This document shows positions 9,794 through 21,238 of a stretch of 64,000 nt of DNA, piece by piece. The stretch's first letter is position 1; the number at the start of each line of letters is the position of its first letter. This DNA comes from a bacterium (lineage in GTDB: Bacteria > UBA8248). The stretch covers positions 2,944,001 to 3,008,000 of the forward strand of contig OZ244799.1 in assembly GCA_965219955.1 (NCBI GenBank), written 5' to 3'. The notes beneath the pieces are model-generated. The model did not search any database, was not told the origin of the DNA, and was given only the letters and a program-made list of their open reading frames with translations. A program made the position numbers and the translations under genes.

Positions 9794-11350
9794 CTACTCC
9801 CCCGTTCCCGCCTTTCCAGCGCGACGCGAGTCCCCATAAGCAGTGAGGCGGCCGTCATCGCCCACCGCCACGGCATGCACGCCGCCGAAGAAGTGATGGG
9901 GGTACACATAAGGTGAAACCTCCAAACCGCTCTGCCGCAATGATTCTAAAACCGCCTCATCCACAGCATCCTCAGCGTGCATGGGGCCGATATCCAGGTG
10001 CATGCGGGGGGCTTCCACCGCTTCTTGCAGGCTCATCTTCCGGTAAAACAGATTCAAGATGACCTGGGCCACCGCCGTGGGGATTCGGTACGAACCGGGA
10101 CTCCCGACACCCAGCCGCAATTTCTTCCCCTCGAAGACGAGGGTGGGGGCGTAACCCGCCATGGGCCGCTTACCCGCGCCCAGAGAATTCCCGCGTCCCG
10201 GGCGTGGGTCCATCCAGTTCGTGTGATTGTTCAAGATGACACCCGTGCCCGGCGGCACGACGCCCGAGCCCCACCCCATCCCCAGGGTCTGCGTCTGGCA
10301 GACCACGTTGCCTTTGACGTCCACAACCGTGAAGTGGGTCGTCGAGCCCGGCTCCAAGTCATGAACGTGAACGACGGAGGAGCGTTCCCCGGATATTGCG
10401 GTGGTGGCGTATTCCTTGCTCAGGAGGCGTTCTGTCGGCATATCGTAATGGTAAGGGTCCCCATAGACCGAAAACCTGTCGCGAAACGCCGCGCGCATGG
10501 CGCGTGCGAATGCCAGGCCGCGCGCAGTCTCATCCGCAGCATCCCAATCGGGCAGCAGGACTTCTAAAAAATTCAATATCTGAATCAGGATGAGACCGGA
10601 AGAAGGCGGCGGCGCCGTGAGGAAACGCAGGTCCCGATAACGCGAGGCGAGCGGCGCCATCCACCGCACGCGGTAGTTTAAGAGATCAGACGCCCCCAGA
10701 TAACCACCGCCGCTATTCACCGCATCCACAATGGCTTTAGCGAGCGCGCCTTCGTAAAAAGCGTCCGCTCCTTTTTCGGCTATCTCGCGAAGCGTTCCCG
10801 CCAAATCCGGCTGGCGCAAGAGTGTTCCTTCAGGAAGCGGTTCGCCGGATGCCGAGTGGATTCTCCCGAGTTCAGGATATGCCGCGCAAAACTCCCTGAA
10901 GCGCGGCTCCTCCTGCTGGCGGCGATAGAACCAGCCGACGTGAAAACCCTCATCCGCCAGACGGATTGCGCCCTCGAACAAATCGTCCCAGTCCTTGCGC
11001 CCGAATTCGCGGTGAATCGCCTCGAGCCCGCGCAACAACCCCGGAACCAGGACGGAGCGATGGCCCCGGCTGTGCGCATCGTCTTTGTGCCGTCCGGATT
11101 CATCGCACTCGAAAATGCCGGGTTCCATTCCAGGGGAGCACTCGTTGCTGAAATCGACGAACCCGGCTCTTTTCTCGTTCTCGCGCCAGATGAGCGCCAC
11201 GCCGCCGCCGCCCAGACCGGAATAGAAAGGCTCCGCCACACTCAGGGCCAGGGAGACGGCCACCGCCGCATCGCAGGCGTCTCCTCCCTCCTCCATCACG
11301 CGCAAGCCCGCTTCCACCGCTTTTTCATGAGCCGCCGCTACGGCGAACAT
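9794..11350 (-). CDS. ggt: gamma-glutamyltransferase family protein
   Basis: GGDACDAAVA, SGLGGGG, autocleavage nucleophile motif TTHFTVVD, GSPGS. Confidence 0.88.
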   Translation of the reverse strand: MFAVAAAHEKAVEAGLRVMEEGGDACDAAVAVSLALSVAEPFYSGLGGGGVALIWRENEKRAGFVDFSNECSPGMEPGIFECDESGRHKDDAHSRGHRSVLVPGLLRGLEAIHREFGRKDWDDLFEGAIRLADEGFHVGWFYRRQQEEPRFREFCAAYPELGRIHSASGEPLPEGTLLRQPDLAGTLREIAEKGADAFYEGALAKAIVDAVNSGGGYLGASDLLNYRVRWMAPLASRYRDLRFLTAPPPSSGLILIQILNFLEVLLPDWDAADETARGLAFARAMRAAFRDRFSVYGDPYHYDMPTERLLSKEYATTAISGERSSVVHVHDLEPGSTTHFTVVDVKGNVVCQTQTLGMGWGSGVVPPGTGVILNNHTNWMDPRPGRGNSLGAGKRPMAGYAPTLVFEGKKLRLGVGSPGSYRIPTAVAQVILNLFYRKMSLQEAVEAPRMHLDIGPMHAEDAVDEAVLESLRQSGLEVSPYVYPHHFFGGVHAVAVGDDGRLTAYGDSRRAGKAGTGE

Positions 11351-11566
11351 ATGGATTCCTCCCGCGTTTTCTCCATCATTGATGCTAGAAGATTATAAGC
11401 ACACCGAGGCTCCAAGGCGCACGCGTGAGCGCGGGACGCCCCTTGCCATGCCATTTTTTGACTGCCCGCAATGACAAAACTGCATTATTTGCTGTAACTT
11501 AGGCAGGTTACCTTCGAATATCGCCGCGTTTCGTATAAGCGGCACGTTATTGAGCCACGGACATCT

Positions 11567-12916
11567 GTGATGACAGACAAACCGCCAGATGGAGAAAATC
11601 CCTCCCACGCCGGACCCGCCCAGGAGGGGAAAAACCCGCCGTCCACCAACAAGCGACGCCCCCGGCAAAAGCGCTTCACCCTCTCTTTCGTCAGGAAATT
11701 CCTCCTTTTCCTGGCCCTCGGCGTGGGCCTGTTCTTCGCCGCCGAGGCGGGATATTTCTGGTGGCAGCATTGGGAGCGATACGTCTCGACGGACAACGCC
11801 TATGTGCAGAGTACGCTGACGCCTGTGAGCGTCGAAATTCCGGGCGTGGTGAAAAAACTCCTGGTCAAGGACAACCAGGCGGTCCGGAAAGGGGACCTCC
11901 TCGTCGTCCTCGACAAGCGGCGTCATGAGGTGGCTCTCCAGAAAGCCAAGGCCACCGTGGCCGTCGCCCGCGCGAAGTATGAGGCGAGCAAGGTTTCCGT
12001 CACCCACTCGATGGGCCGCGCGAGCGGCCTCCAGCAGGAAGCAAGCGCCCGGCTGGAGACTTTGAGGCGCACCCTGCGCTCGGCCCGCGCACTGCTCATT
12101 CAGAGAAAAAACGAAACGCGCGCCCATGCGGCGACGATGAACCAGGCGCGCGAGGATTTGAACCGAAAACTGCGTCTGCATGGCCAGAAAATCATTTCGG
12201 ATGAGAACCTGGCGCTTGCGAACGCTTCATATGACGTCGCCAAGGCGAATTACGACGCCTCCGGGGCCGCGCTCAACGTAGAGGAGAATAAAGTCGCGGC
12301 TATCGTCAACCAGATCGTAGAGGCGCAGGCTGCGGTGGCGCTGGCCAAAAACGAGGACCGTTCCCGGCGCATGAAGAGCCATGACGCCGATTCCCTGAAG
12401 GCTGAACTCGAAGAAGCCCTGGCCGCCTACAAGGAGAAGGAGCTTTTACTCTCCTACACCGAGGTTCGCGCGCCCGTATCCGGCTACGTGGAGAAATCCG
12501 TCGACCCGGGAACCTTCGTGCAGCCGGGGCGTCCCTTGCTGCTCATCGTCCAGCTTGAGAAAGCGTATATCCGGGCGAATTTCAAGGAAATCAAACTCGA
12601 GGGCATCCACGTGGGCCAGCCCGCGGAAATCGTGCTCGACGCCTATCCGAATCGAACGTTCAAGGGCCACATCGCGAGCCTGTACTCGGGTACGGGTGAG
12701 ACCTTCTCTCTCCTGCCGCCCGAGAACGCCACAGGGAACTGGGTGAAGGTCACCCGCCGCATTCCCGTGAAGATACTGCTGGATGAAAGGCCTCCCTCGA
12801 ACTTCCCGCTTCTGGTCGGCATGTCCGCCTACGTGACCGTGGACACCAAAACACGGCGCGGCCCCCGCCTGCTGGCGTACCCTGTGGACAAGAAACCGCA
12901 AAACCGGAAACCTTGA
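11567..12916 (+). CDS. HlyD/EmrA-family efflux adaptor
   Basis: N-terminal TM segment, STDNAYV, FSLLPPENATGNWVKVTRRIPV. Confidence 0.92.
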   Translation: MMTDKPPDGENPSHAGPAQEGKNPPSTNKRRPRQKRFTLSFVRKFLLFLALGVGLFFAAEAGYFWWQHWERYVSTDNAYVQSTLTPVSVEIPGVVKKLLVKDNQAVRKGDLLVVLDKRRHEVALQKAKATVAVARAKYEASKVSVTHSMGRASGLQQEASARLETLRRTLRSARALLIQRKNETRAHAATMNQAREDLNRKLRLHGQKIISDENLALANASYDVAKANYDASGAALNVEENKVAAIVNQIVEAQAAVALAKNEDRSRRMKSHDADSLKAELEEALAAYKEKELLLSYTEVRAPVSGYVEKSVDPGTFVQPGRPLLLIVQLEKAYIRANFKEIKLEGIHVGQPAEIVLDAYPNRTFKGHIASLYSGTGETFSLLPPENATGNWVKVTRRIPVKILLDERPPSNFPLLVGMSAYVTVDTKTRRGPRLLAYPVDKKPQNRKP

Positions 12917-14499
12917 ACGCGAAAACGACTTCATCCGCTCCCGGCAGCGGGGAGGAAGCCGCCTACGGGACAAGTTATCCCTCTCCCTTCAACCGCGCGA
13001 TGATAACGCTCGCGGTCGTGTCGGCCGCGTTCATCTCCATCATGGACGCCAGCATCGTCAACGTGGTGATGCCGCACATGCGCGGTTCGTTCAACGTCGA
13101 TCTGTCCACCATCACCTGGGTGGCGACCATCTACACCATCGCCCAGATCATCACGATCACCATGTCGGCCTGGTGGAGCACCCTGCTGGGACGGAAGCGC
13201 TATTTTCTCGTCTCCTTCGTCCTGTTCACGCTGGCGTCGATTCTCGTCGGTACCTCGCAAACCTTCACCCAGATGCTCGTCTACCGCATCCTGCAAGGGC
13301 TCGGCGGCGGCGGGCTCATCCCCGTCGCGCAGGCGATATTGCGCGAAACCTACCCGCCGAACAGACAAGGCTGGGCGATGGCCATGTTCGCGGCCGGGGT
13401 GGTGTTGGCGCCCGCCATGGGTCCGGTAGTTGGCGGATGGATCACGGAAACGCTGAGCTGGCCATGGGTTTTCTACATCAACGTGCCCGTCGCCGCCGTG
13501 GGACTCGCCCTCGTCTCCATCTACGTGTACGACCCGCCCCACATGAAGCGCGGAATCAAAAAGGTCGACTGGGTGGGCATCGTCCTCATCGGGGTCGGCC
13601 TCACCGCGCTTCAGGTCGTCCTGGAACGGGGGCAGGATGAGGACTGGTTCGACTCGAACCTCATCATCGTGATGACGATTCTCACCATCCTTACCCTGAC
13701 GGCGCTGGTCCTCTGGGAACTCAAGACGGAAGAACCCATCGTCGATTTCAGGGTTCTTAAAAACCTGAACCTGAGCGCCTCGTGCTTCGTGGTGCTGATC
13801 TTCGGAATCGTGATGTTCGGAACCACCTTCATCCTGCCGCAATTTCTGCAAAACCTGCTCGATCACGGCCCGTATGAAACCGGCCTCGTCATGCTGCCAA
13901 GGGGCATCGCCCTGTTCTGCATGATGCCCATCGTGGGCCACCTGTACAATCATGTGGATTACAGGATACTGATGTGCGGCGGCGTCGCGCTGGCCATGAC
14001 GTCCCTGATTCTGATGTCGGGGCTCTCGTTGCAGACGGACTATTGGGACATGGTGTCGCGCCTCGTCATCCTGGGTTTCGGCATGCCCTTCGTCTTCGTC
14101 ACCCTGACGACCGTCGCCTTCAGCACCACCGCAGTGGCCGACATCAACTCCGCCACGAGCCTCTACAACCTGGCGCGCCGCCTGGGGGGCAACCTGGGGT
14201 TCGCCGTCATGGCAATACTGCTGGAGCGCCGCACGGCCCTTCATCGCGTGAACATGGTGGGAAACATCACCGAATCGAACGCCACGTTCCTCTCATACAA
14301 AGAAACGCTGTCGGAAATGCTCGTCCGCAAGCAAATCGACCCGCACACCGCGCAAACCAAGGCGATGGGCCTCATCGAACAGACCATCGACAAACAAGCC
14401 ACCATGCTCGCCTACAACGACATCTATTGGATCATGGGATGGAGCTTCATTTTCGTCATCCCGTTCATTCTTGTGCTGAAAACCAACAAGCAGACGTGA
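12913..14499 (+). CDS. DHA2-family MFS efflux permease (EmrB/QacA-like)
   Basis: DASIVNV, WPWVFYINVP, VLERGQDEDWF; overlaps the adaptor stop codon. Confidence 0.92.
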   Translation: MNAKTTSSAPGSGEEAAYGTSYPSPFNRAMITLAVVSAAFISIMDASIVNVVMPHMRGSFNVDLSTITWVATIYTIAQIITITMSAWWSTLLGRKRYFLVSFVLFTLASILVGTSQTFTQMLVYRILQGLGGGGLIPVAQAILRETYPPNRQGWAMAMFAAGVVLAPAMGPVVGGWITETLSWPWVFYINVPVAAVGLALVSIYVYDPPHMKRGIKKVDWVGIVLIGVGLTALQVVLERGQDEDWFDSNLIIVMTILTILTLTALVLWELKTEEPIVDFRVLKNLNLSASCFVVLIFGIVMFGTTFILPQFLQNLLDHGPYETGLVMLPRGIALFCMMPIVGHLYNHVDYRILMCGGVALAMTSLILMSGLSLQTDYWDMVSRLVILGFGMPFVFVTLTTVAFSTTAVADINSATSLYNLARRLGGNLGFAVMAILLERRTALHRVNMVGNITESNATFLSYKETLSEMLVRKQIDPHTAQTKAMGLIEQTIDKQATMLAYNDIYWIMGWSFIFVIPFILVLKTNKQT

Positions 14500-14575
14500 A
14501 GTGCGGACGAAACGGTGACCGGCTACGCAGGGAAAACGAAGGGAATACTCCGGGCCGATAACGGAAAAAGGAGGG

Positions 14576-14674
14576 TTATTTCCTGGGGTAAATCCCAAAG
14601 GGATCCTTCAGCAGCACCTTCCAGACGAAAATGAGTACGACTACGGCCAATATGATGATCGAAAGGGTTTTCAT
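14576..14674 (-). CDS. putative 32-aa single-TM small protein
   Basis: MKTLSIIILAVVVLIFVWKVLLKDPFGIYPRK; GGAG motif upstream; immediately downstream of tRNA-Lys. Confidence 0.45.
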   Translation of the reverse strand: MKTLSIIILAVVVLIFVWKVLLKDPFGIYPRK

Positions 14675-14707
14675 ACGGAACCGACTCTCCCATGAATGCG
14701 CGAAAGC

Positions 14708-14784
14708 TGGTGGGTCGCCGGGGAATCGAACCCCGAACCTACGGATTAAGAGTCCGTTGCTCTGCCTAGTTGAGCTAGCGACCC
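14708..14784 (-). tRNA. tRNA-Lys(CTT)
   Basis: GGGTCGCTAGCTCAA...ACGGA-CTCTTAA-TCCGT...GGTTCGATTCC...CCA cloverleaf. Confidence 0.96.
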
Positions 14785-14992
14785 GATATCTGAAGTATCG
14801 CCGACCGGCGATCATCAAACCGAAGTTAGCACAGCGAGCCGACATAACAAAACCGGCGCGGCCCATCAACTCTCGAACATTTTGAGGAAAACGCCCCTCA
14901 CCTTCCCGGATGAAAATCCTCCAGGAGAGCACGGAGACGCGCATTCGGGGTTCCCGCACACCCCGCGGCTCTCGGGTCTATTCGGACGTCGG

Positions 14993-16315
14993 CTATCTTT
15001 CCGGAATCAGGCCGCGGGGACTGAAACGCAGGACCATCAACAGGATGACTCCCATGACCATATGACGCATGTGGGCCGCGCTTTCCATCAGGTGCCCACG
15101 CAAAGGGCTGTCCTGCGCGAGACCCGAAGTGAGTAGTTCCATGACCCACAAACCGATGGGTTCGGCCTCGACCCAGAAGAACCAGATCACGAAACCGCCC
15201 AGAACCGCGCCCCGGTTGTTCCCCGACCCGCCGACGATGACCATCACCCAGATGATGAAAGTGAAGCGGAGCGGCTGGTAGGAAGCGGGCGTGAACTGCC
15301 CGTCCAGGGTGGTGAGCATGGCGCCGGCGACACCGACCACCGCCGAGCCCAGGATGAACACCTGCAGATGGCGTCCCGTGACGTCCTTGCCCATGGCGGA
15401 AGCGGCGAGTTCATTGTCCCTTATGGCGCGCATCATCCGCCCCCACGGGGAATGGAGCGCCCGCCCGGAGAGCCACAACACCACGAGAAGGACGATGGCG
15501 AACAGCCCCGCGTAGCACAATTTAACCAAAATGGAAGAGAACTCCACGGGCGATACGCCCAGCACCGCAGCCCAGTCCCGGAACCAGGGGGCCTGCTGAA
15601 GGTCCACCTCATACGGCACCGGGCGGGGCAGTCCGCTCACGTTCTTCACCCCGCGGGCCAGCCAGTCCTCGTTCTTCAGGACGGCGATGATGATCTCCGA
15701 AATGCCCAGCGTGGCGATCGCCAGATAATCGGCCCTGAGGCCCAATGCGATCTTTCCGATCACCCAGGCGACGGCGGCGGCGAACAAACCGCCCGCGACC
15801 CAGGAGAACAGGATGGGCAGCCCCAGGCCGCCCAGGAACCCGGCTTTTGTCGGGTCCACGGCCTCGATGGCCTCCACGGCGGGGAAAAAGAACGCCCGCG
15901 CGAGAAAATAGCCGCCGACGATGATGAAGGCGGGGAGGAGTTTCCGCGGCACTCCGGCGGGAGCGCGCCTGGCGGCGAAAACGGCTGCCAGAATCGTCGC
16001 CAGAGAAATCGCCAGAGCGACGATGACGCCCCCACCGCCCGCTTTCCAGGCCGCCGGGACCGGCGCGACGGAGACGAGAACCGCCGTCACCCCCCCCAGC
16101 GCCGCGAACCCCAGAACGCCGAAATTCACGAGTCCGGCGTAGCCCCACTGTATGTTGACACCCAGAGACATGATGGCCGATATGAGGCAGAGGTTCAGAA
16201 TCGTCAGCGCCAGGGGCCAACTCTGGATCATACCGACCAGAGCCAGAGCCGCGAACATGGCCGCGAACATGCAGATGGTGCGCATGTTCTCTCTCCTGTG
16301 GGCCGCAGGGTTCAT
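14993..16315 (-). CDS. branched-chain amino acid ABC transporter permease (LivM-like)
   Basis: GVNIQWGYAGLVNFG, LRADYLAIATLG, WGRMMRAIRDNE. Confidence 0.9.
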   Translation of the reverse strand: MNPAAHRRENMRTICMFAAMFAALALVGMIQSWPLALTILNLCLISAIMSLGVNIQWGYAGLVNFGVLGFAALGGVTAVLVSVAPVPAAWKAGGGGVIVALAISLATILAAVFAARRAPAGVPRKLLPAFIIVGGYFLARAFFFPAVEAIEAVDPTKAGFLGGLGLPILFSWVAGGLFAAAVAWVIGKIALGLRADYLAIATLGISEIIIAVLKNEDWLARGVKNVSGLPRPVPYEVDLQQAPWFRDWAAVLGVSPVEFSSILVKLCYAGLFAIVLLVVLWLSGRALHSPWGRMMRAIRDNELAASAMGKDVTGRHLQVFILGSAVVGVAGAMLTTLDGQFTPASYQPLRFTFIIWVMVIVGGSGNNRGAVLGGFVIWFFWVEAEPIGLWVMELLTSGLAQDSPLRGHLMESAAHMRHMVMGVILLMVLRFSPRGLIPER

Positions 16316-17325
16316 GGAGATCTCCTCCCAAAGATGCCGGTGGGCCTGAGCAGCAGCACCAGCACCAGAATGACGAAGGAAACCGCGAATTTGTAATCCG
16401 TGGACAGCAGTTGCACCAACCCTTGCGGCGCCCATTCTCCCGGCGTGAGGTAGGCGAGGAATTTCCTGTAGGCGTAGGTGAGAGCGACCTCGGAGAAAGC
16501 AATGGTGAAGCCGCCGGCGATTGCGCCCAGCGGGTTGCCCAGACCGCCTACGATGGCGGAGGCGAAGATGGGCAGCAGAAGGTTGAAATAGGTGAACGGC
16601 TTGAAACTCTTGTCCAGGCCATACAGGACGCCGGCGATGGTGGCGAGCGCCGCCGCGATGATCCAGGTGGTGCGCACGACCCGTTCCGGGTCGATCCCCG
16701 AGAGCAGGGCCAGGTCTTCATTGTCCGAGTAGGCGCGCATGGACTTGCCGGTGCGCGTGCGGTTCAAAAACCAGAAAAGGGCCGCCACGACAATGACGGC
16801 CGCCAGGATGGTCAGCCCTTGCGAGGTCTTGAAGGCGACGCCCTCATCAAGGCCGCTCAGGCGCTTGAAGGCCGGCGCCGTGATGATGAAGCGCTGCCCG
16901 TCGACGAACCACCTGTCGCCGGGCCCGATGATGAAGCGCACCACGCTGTTGTAGACGAACATTACCCCGACCGAGACGATCATCAACACCTCGGGCTTCG
17001 CTTTCACCCGGCGATAGAAGCGATACACCCAGCGATCGACCAGCAGGCAAAGGGCTACCGTGCAGAGGACGCCGAACGGCAGGGCCAGCAGGGCGGTCGG
17101 CAGCGGAGAGATCGAAACGTCCCAGTATTGAAGCACCCAGGTGAACAGGATGGTCGCCATGGCCCCGAAGGCCATGGTGTCTCCCTGGGCGAAATCCGAA
17201 AAGCGCAGGATGGCGTATATCAAGGTGACGGCGAGTGCGCCCAGCGCCAGTTGGCTGCCATACGCCATGGCGGGAACGATGACGAAATTCGACACCAGGA
17301 GCAGCGCGTTCAGGATGCCGTCCAT
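16312..17325 (-). CDS. branched-chain amino acid ABC transporter permease (LivH-like)
   Basis: TLIYAILRFSDFAQGD, TRTGKSMRAYSDN, AIVGGLGNP. Confidence 0.9.
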   Translation of the reverse strand: MDGILNALLLVSNFVIVPAMAYGSQLALGALAVTLIYAILRFSDFAQGDTMAFGAMATILFTWVLQYWDVSISPLPTALLALPFGVLCTVALCLLVDRWVYRFYRRVKAKPEVLMIVSVGVMFVYNSVVRFIIGPGDRWFVDGQRFIITAPAFKRLSGLDEGVAFKTSQGLTILAAVIVVAALFWFLNRTRTGKSMRAYSDNEDLALLSGIDPERVVRTTWIIAAALATIAGVLYGLDKSFKPFTYFNLLLPIFASAIVGGLGNPLGAIAGGFTIAFSEVALTYAYRKFLAYLTPGEWAPQGLVQLLSTDYKFAVSFVILVLVLLLRPTGIFGRRSP

Positions 17326-17329
17326 CGCC

Positions 17330-18038
17330 TCAGCCGCCCAGGAACGCCCGGCGGACATCCGTGTTCATCATCAGGGCCGGGCCGGTGTCGGTATAGCGGT
17401 TTCGTCCCCCCACGAGGACGTAACCCCTGTCGGCGATGGCGAGGGCCTGGCGGGCGTTCTGCTCCACCATCACAACGGCGATGCCGTCGCCCGCGATGTA
17501 GAGGATCCGCTCGAACAACTCGGTCATCACGATGGGCGAGACCCCCGCCGTGGGCTCGTCGAGCATCAGCACCTTCGGGCGGGTCATGAGCGCGCGGCCC
17601 ACCGCCACCTGCTGGCGCTGGCCGCCTGAGAGTTCGCCCGCGAGCTGGCGGCGTTTCTCCTTCAAGACCGGGAAGAGGTCGAAAACTTGCTCCATGGTGT
17701 CCGCGATGTCGTCCTGGCGGATGAAGGCCCCCATCTCGAGGTTTTCCTCCACCGTCATGGAGGTGAAGACGTTTCCGGTTTGCGGCACCAGGCTCATGCC
17801 CCGGGCGACGCGCTCCTGGGGTTTCAGGCCGGTGATGTCCTCGCCATCCAGGCGAACCGACCCCTCGCGCATGTCCAACATGCCCAGGATTGCTCTCATT
17901 GCCGTGGATTTACCCGAGCCGTTGGGGCCGACGATGACCGTGATTTCTCCGCTTCGGGCGCCGATGGTGCACTCGTGAATGATGTCCGGCCCGCCGTAGC
18001 CGCCGGTCATGTTCTCGCCGATGAGGTAATCTTCCGAA

Positions 18039-18052
<14 letters not shown>
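17330..18052 (-). CDS. ABC transporter ATP-binding protein (LivF-like)
   Basis: GPNGSGKS, LSGGQRQ, LDEPTAG. Confidence 0.92.
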
Positions 18053-18830
<778 letters not shown>

Positions 18831-18903
18831 GAAACCCACAAAGAACGCCAGGCCTCGCCGCCCGACCGCCTCGCATGGAGCGAACCCCCGACAAACGATC
18901 CGT

Positions 18904-20088
18904 CTAGCGGTAGCGCACGGTGGTGATTTTCCCACCCTTCACGAGGATCTCGCGGTAGTTGCCTGCGCTCTCGCCGGGTCCTATCAACTCAACCGCCGAG
19001 GCGCCCACGTAATCGACGTCGCCGCCCTTGGCGAGGATCTTGAGCGCCTTGGCCAGTTCACCGGGATAAATCTTCTCGCCCGGGGCGTTGGCGACCATCA
19101 TCACCTTGTCCTTGAGCTTCATGCTATTGCTGGAGCCGGCCGCCTGCATGGCCAGTAGAATCAAGGCCGCGGCGTCATAGGACTCGGGCACGAACGGGGT
19201 GCCCCCCTTGAAGCCCGCCTTCTTTGCCAGTGCGTCGAGTTTCGCCTTTCCCGGGCTGTCCGTGCCCGGGACGGTGCCGTAAGAACCGTCGAGCGCTTTG
19301 CCGATGGCCTTCGGCAGGCTCTCGGCGATCATGCCGTCGGGCAGCAAGAAGGTTTCGAACGCGCCGGTATCGACCGCCGCCCGGATGACGCCCTTGCCGC
19401 CCTGGTCCACGTAACCGGCGACGATGAGAACGTCGCCGCCCGCGGCCGAAAGAGCGCCGACTTCCGCCGTATAATCCGCCTTGCCGTCTTCGTGCGCCGC
19501 GGAAATCGTTATCTTGCCGCCGGCCTTCTCGAAGTTCATCTTGATGCTGTCGGCCAGACCCTTGCCGTAGTCGTTGTTGGTGTAGGTCAGGGCCGCCGAC
19601 TTGACGCCTCTTTCCTTCAAAACGTCGGTGATGACCTGCCCCTGCCGGGCGTCGGAGGGAGCGGTGCGGAAAAAGAGGCCGTTGTCCTTGATGGTGGAAA
19701 GAGCCGGCGAAGTCGCCGAGGGAGAGATCATCACGACCCCGTTTGGCAGGGCCACGTTCTTCAGTACGGCGATGGTAACGCCCGAACAATCGCCGCCGAC
19801 GATGGCGTTGACCTTATCGGACGTGACCAGACGCTCGGCCGCCGCCCTGGCGGCAGCGGAATCGGTGCAGGTGCTGTCGCCGCGTACAGAAACCACCTTG
19901 GCGCCGCCCAGCAAGGCGCCGCTGTCGCTGACTTCCTTGATCGCCAATTCGGCTCCCTTGGCCATACCCGGCGTCAGGGATTCGATGGGACCCGTATAAC
20001 CGAACAGGACACCCAGCTTGATTGTTTCGGCACTGGCCGTCGCGCTTGCAAGTAAAACCAGAGCCATAGCAACCAGCAGTTTTTTCAT
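18904..20088 (-). CDS. ABC transporter substrate-binding protein (LivK/LivJ-like)
   Basis: Signal peptide MKKLLVAMALVLLASATASA; ISPSATSPALS, FRTAPSD; GGAGAGGAG RBS. Confidence 0.9.
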   Translation of the reverse strand: MKKLLVAMALVLLASATASAETIKLGVLFGYTGPIESLTPGMAKGAELAIKEVSDSGALLGGAKVVSVRGDSTCTDSAAARAAAERLVTSDKVNAIVGGDCSGVTIAVLKNVALPNGVVMISPSATSPALSTIKDNGLFFRTAPSDARQGQVITDVLKERGVKSAALTYTNNDYGKGLADSIKMNFEKAGGKITISAAHEDGKADYTAEVGALSAAGGDVLIVAGYVDQGGKGVIRAAVDTGAFETFLLPDGMIAESLPKAIGKALDGSYGTVPGTDSPGKAKLDALAKKAGFKGGTPFVPESYDAAALILLAMQAAGSSNSMKLKDKVMMVANAPGEKIYPGELAKALKILAKGGDVDYVGASAVELIGPGESAGNYREILVKGGKITTVRYR

Positions 20089-20500
20089 CTCCTCTCCCCC
20101 ATTGATGATGGTTGAATAAAGCAATCATGTCGCAAAGATCTGCAATGCGGTTGAAACCGATTATACACGAACCTATATGATGGCGATCAATGAATTTCCT
20201 GAAGAAATGTGAATTCACGGGCGCAGCGCGCGTGACACGGCTCCGCCCCCCCCCGAAGGCGAAAACTTCGTCAAGCGTAAAGCCATCATACGGATTGTGT
20301 TCGCCATTTTGCAAACAGGAGAGCAGCCGTACGGGGATTGCTTTCCCCATCGCGTGAGGCGCATGGAGATATAACCAAGGGGTCAGTTTCAGCGCCTGTT
20401 CGTCAGAACGCAGGCCGACACCCCGGGATGGTTGGGCACAGGAGCGGAATCCTGCAACGCCTGCATCCGGTCGAGGGGATGATGTTCCCTTGTTTTCAGG

Positions 20501-20577
20501 TGGCACGCCCGGTAGGACTCGAACCTACAACCTTCGGATCCGAAGTCCGACGCTCTATCCAATTGAGCTACGGGCGC
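20501..20577 (-). tRNA. tRNA-Arg(TCG)
   Basis: GCGCCCGTAGCTCAATTGGATAGAGCG-TCGGA-CTTCGGA-TCCGA...GGTTCGAGTCC...CCA. Confidence 0.95.
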
Positions 20578-20635
20578 GTGATATCCGTTGGTCTTGTCCG
20601 GAACCCAGGTTCCGCTCAAGATAATGTGAACGCTG

Positions 20636-20712
20636 TGGGGTGAGTGAGGGGATTTGAACCCCCGACCTCCGGGGCCACAACCCGGCGCTCTAACCACTGA
20701 GCTACACCCACC
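20636..20712 (-). tRNA. tRNA-His(GTG)
   Basis: Encoded G-1; CCGGG-TTGTGGC-CCCGG anticodon arm; CCA end. Confidence 0.95.
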
Positions 20713-20780
20713 ATGTCTCCATTCCCCTCACCTGCGCGTGGCCTCGCATCGGAGAGGGGAGCGCCGCGATTTCCAAAATA

Positions 20781-20857
<77 letters not shown>

Positions 20858-21238
20858 CCGACTCGGCGACTTTTCCGTGGCGACCCATTCGCAGGCGCCG
20901 CTTTCCGCCCGAAAGGCAAGAGAAAATATCACAAATCGGGATCGTCAACAATGCCTTGATGAGGATGCCCATCGCGGGCGAGAAGTTTCAAATCGATAAG
21001 AACGAGCTTGACATCCGGGTGGAAGCGGGGAGAAATCCAGGCCGATGAAACGCACTGATAAATCCGACTTGCGCACGCATGGGGCCTTCCGGCCCCGCCC
21101 CGCGAGCGCCCCCCTTCTCCCCAAATTTTCGCATTGAACGATTCAGTATAAGGAAACCGCCGGAAATGTCCAGCGGCGTTGGAGAATTTGCAATTTCATC
21201 AGGTGCGCGCACCATAAGCGGCCGGGATAAACGGAATC

